A stretch of DNA of 64,000 nt, taken from positions 1 through 64,000 of the forward strand of contig CAWHOE010000035.1 in assembly GCA_963830915.1 (NCBI GenBank), in the 5' to 3' direction. The notes under the pieces were generated by a model. The model saw only the letters and a list, made by a program, of their open reading frames with translations. It did no database searches and was not told the DNA's origin. This DNA comes from a candidate division FCPU426 bacterium (GTDB lineage: Bacteria > Oederibacteriota > Muellerivitia > Muellerivitales > Muellerivitaceae). The position numbers and the translations under genes are program-made. Positions 63,018-64,000 of this stretch are shown piece after piece (position 1 is the first letter of the stretch; every line of letters begins with the position of its first letter).

Positions 63018-64000
63018 TCAGGAACGGTGTTTCAACCAACGGATGGGATCTTGGGGCACTCCGTCCTTCCGGATCTCGAAATAAAGGCTGCTCCCGACCA
63101 GGGAACCCGTGTCCCCAACGGTCCCGATGACCTGGCCCGCGGCGACTTTTTGGCCTTCGGTCACGTTCAATTCATTGGCTTGAGCGTAGAGAGAATAATA
63201 CCCTTGGCCGTGGTCTAAAATCACTAACTTTCCATAACCTTTGAACCAGTCGGCGTATCGAACGTTGCCCGCCGCCACCGCCCGGATGGGAGTTCCCATG
63301 GGCGCCTTGATCTGGATGCCCGTATTATCCACTACCGCGTTGAACTCCTTATTCTTATGGCTCCCGAATGAATAATCGGGGAGTATCTCGCCCGTAACGG
63401 GCCAGGGGATCCTGCCCCGAACGACCTTGAGCCCTTTTCCGACCGGCGCCGACGCCGCCGCCACTTTCTTGACCTCCGTCGCGGTCTTCAACAACAAGGA
63501 AACTTTCGCCTGCAGGTCCTGGGCGCGGTCGTTCAGTTCGGAGATGGTCTGTTCCCGGAGCTCTTGTTGACGCTTGATGGAGGTGATGAAAACGGTCCGC
63601 TTCGATCTTTCCCTCGAGAAGTTCTTTTCCCTCCGGCCGAGGGAAGCCATTAGGATCTCCTTGCGGTGCTCTTCCTCGCCCCATTGGTTGGAAGCTGTCT
63701 CCAGAACCTGCTCATGCCGCAGGGTTTGGGCCAGGATCTTCTCGTTGGACTTGGCCAACAGCATGCCGAACTTGAGCTTCCGGGCCAGGTCCCCGAAATT
63801 ATCCGAACTCAACAATCCGCCCAGGAAAGGGGTCCGGAAGGACATTCGATGCAACGCCCGCAAACGGCGGCCCAGGATGAGCCGGCTCTGGACCAACTGG
63901 GTCTGGTTCTGGGCGATATCGAATCGCAATCGGTCGATGCGGTCGCGGGTCGCTCCTAGGTCGTCCTCATTGGCTTCCTTTTCCTGCCGGAGCTTGTTCA
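63018..64000 (-). CDS. envC: EnvC-like murein hydrolase activator (coiled coil + degenerate M23), N-terminus beyond window
   Basis: Coiled coil, WPV.G, NTGIQI (Zn ligands lost), LYFEIR; frame open to 64000; syntenic with ctpA and yibQ-like gene. Confidence 0.85.
   Translation of the reverse strand, partial: NKLRQEKEANEDDLGATRDRIDRLRFDIAQNQTQLVQSRLILGRRLRALHRMSFRTPFLGGLLSSDNFGDLARKLKFGMLLAKSNEKILAQTLRHEQVLETASNQWGEEEHRKEILMASLGRREKNFSRERSKRTVFITSIKRQQELREQTISELNDRAQDLQAKVSLLLKTATEVKKVAAASAPVGKGLKVVRGRIPWPVTGEILPDYSFGSHKNKEFNAVVDNTGIQIKAPMGTPIRAVAAGNVRYADWFKGYGKLVILDHGQGYYSLYAQANELNVTEGQKVAAGQVIGTVGDTGSLVGSSLYFEIRKDGVPQDPIRWLKHRS

Overview
A 64 kb chromosomal housekeeping region from a probably diderm bacterium (taxonomy not determinable with confidence). 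Every supported gene but one is on the minus strand. In transcription order (right to left): envC(partial)-ctpA-yibQ-like-tsaD-[GC-rich tandem repeat array]-dusB-PAP2-rsmI-M50-like peptidase-PhoH2-[REP-like patchwork]-pdxA-rsmA-glmS, a probable outer-membrane beta-barrel protein with a long structured leader, an exported protein, yajC, an excisionase-HTH/receiver regulator, folD-coaE-two GAF-GGDEF cyclases, rho-LysM/M23-rpmE-prfA-prmC, then rpoB-rpoC and the full str/S10/spc/alpha ribosomal cluster (rpsL to rplQ), followed by envelope genes (cls, an FG-GAP repeat protein, two tandem GT-C glycosyltransferases). The single plus-strand gene is a small HNH-associated-repeat protein. No rRNA, tRNA, CRISPR array, transposase or phage genes were seen. 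Best leads: a duplicated hairpin motif with compensatory base changes in the beta-barrel gene leader; a palindromic ~54-bp tandem array between tsaD and dusB; a GC-rich tuf inside an AT-rich ribosomal cluster on a window-wide GC gradient; altered versions of normally invariant motifs in uL2, uL22 and uS19; rpoB separated from rplKAJL; and a probable CTG start for prmC. I found no clear multi-gene novel system. All family assignments come from motif recognition by eye, not database searches.
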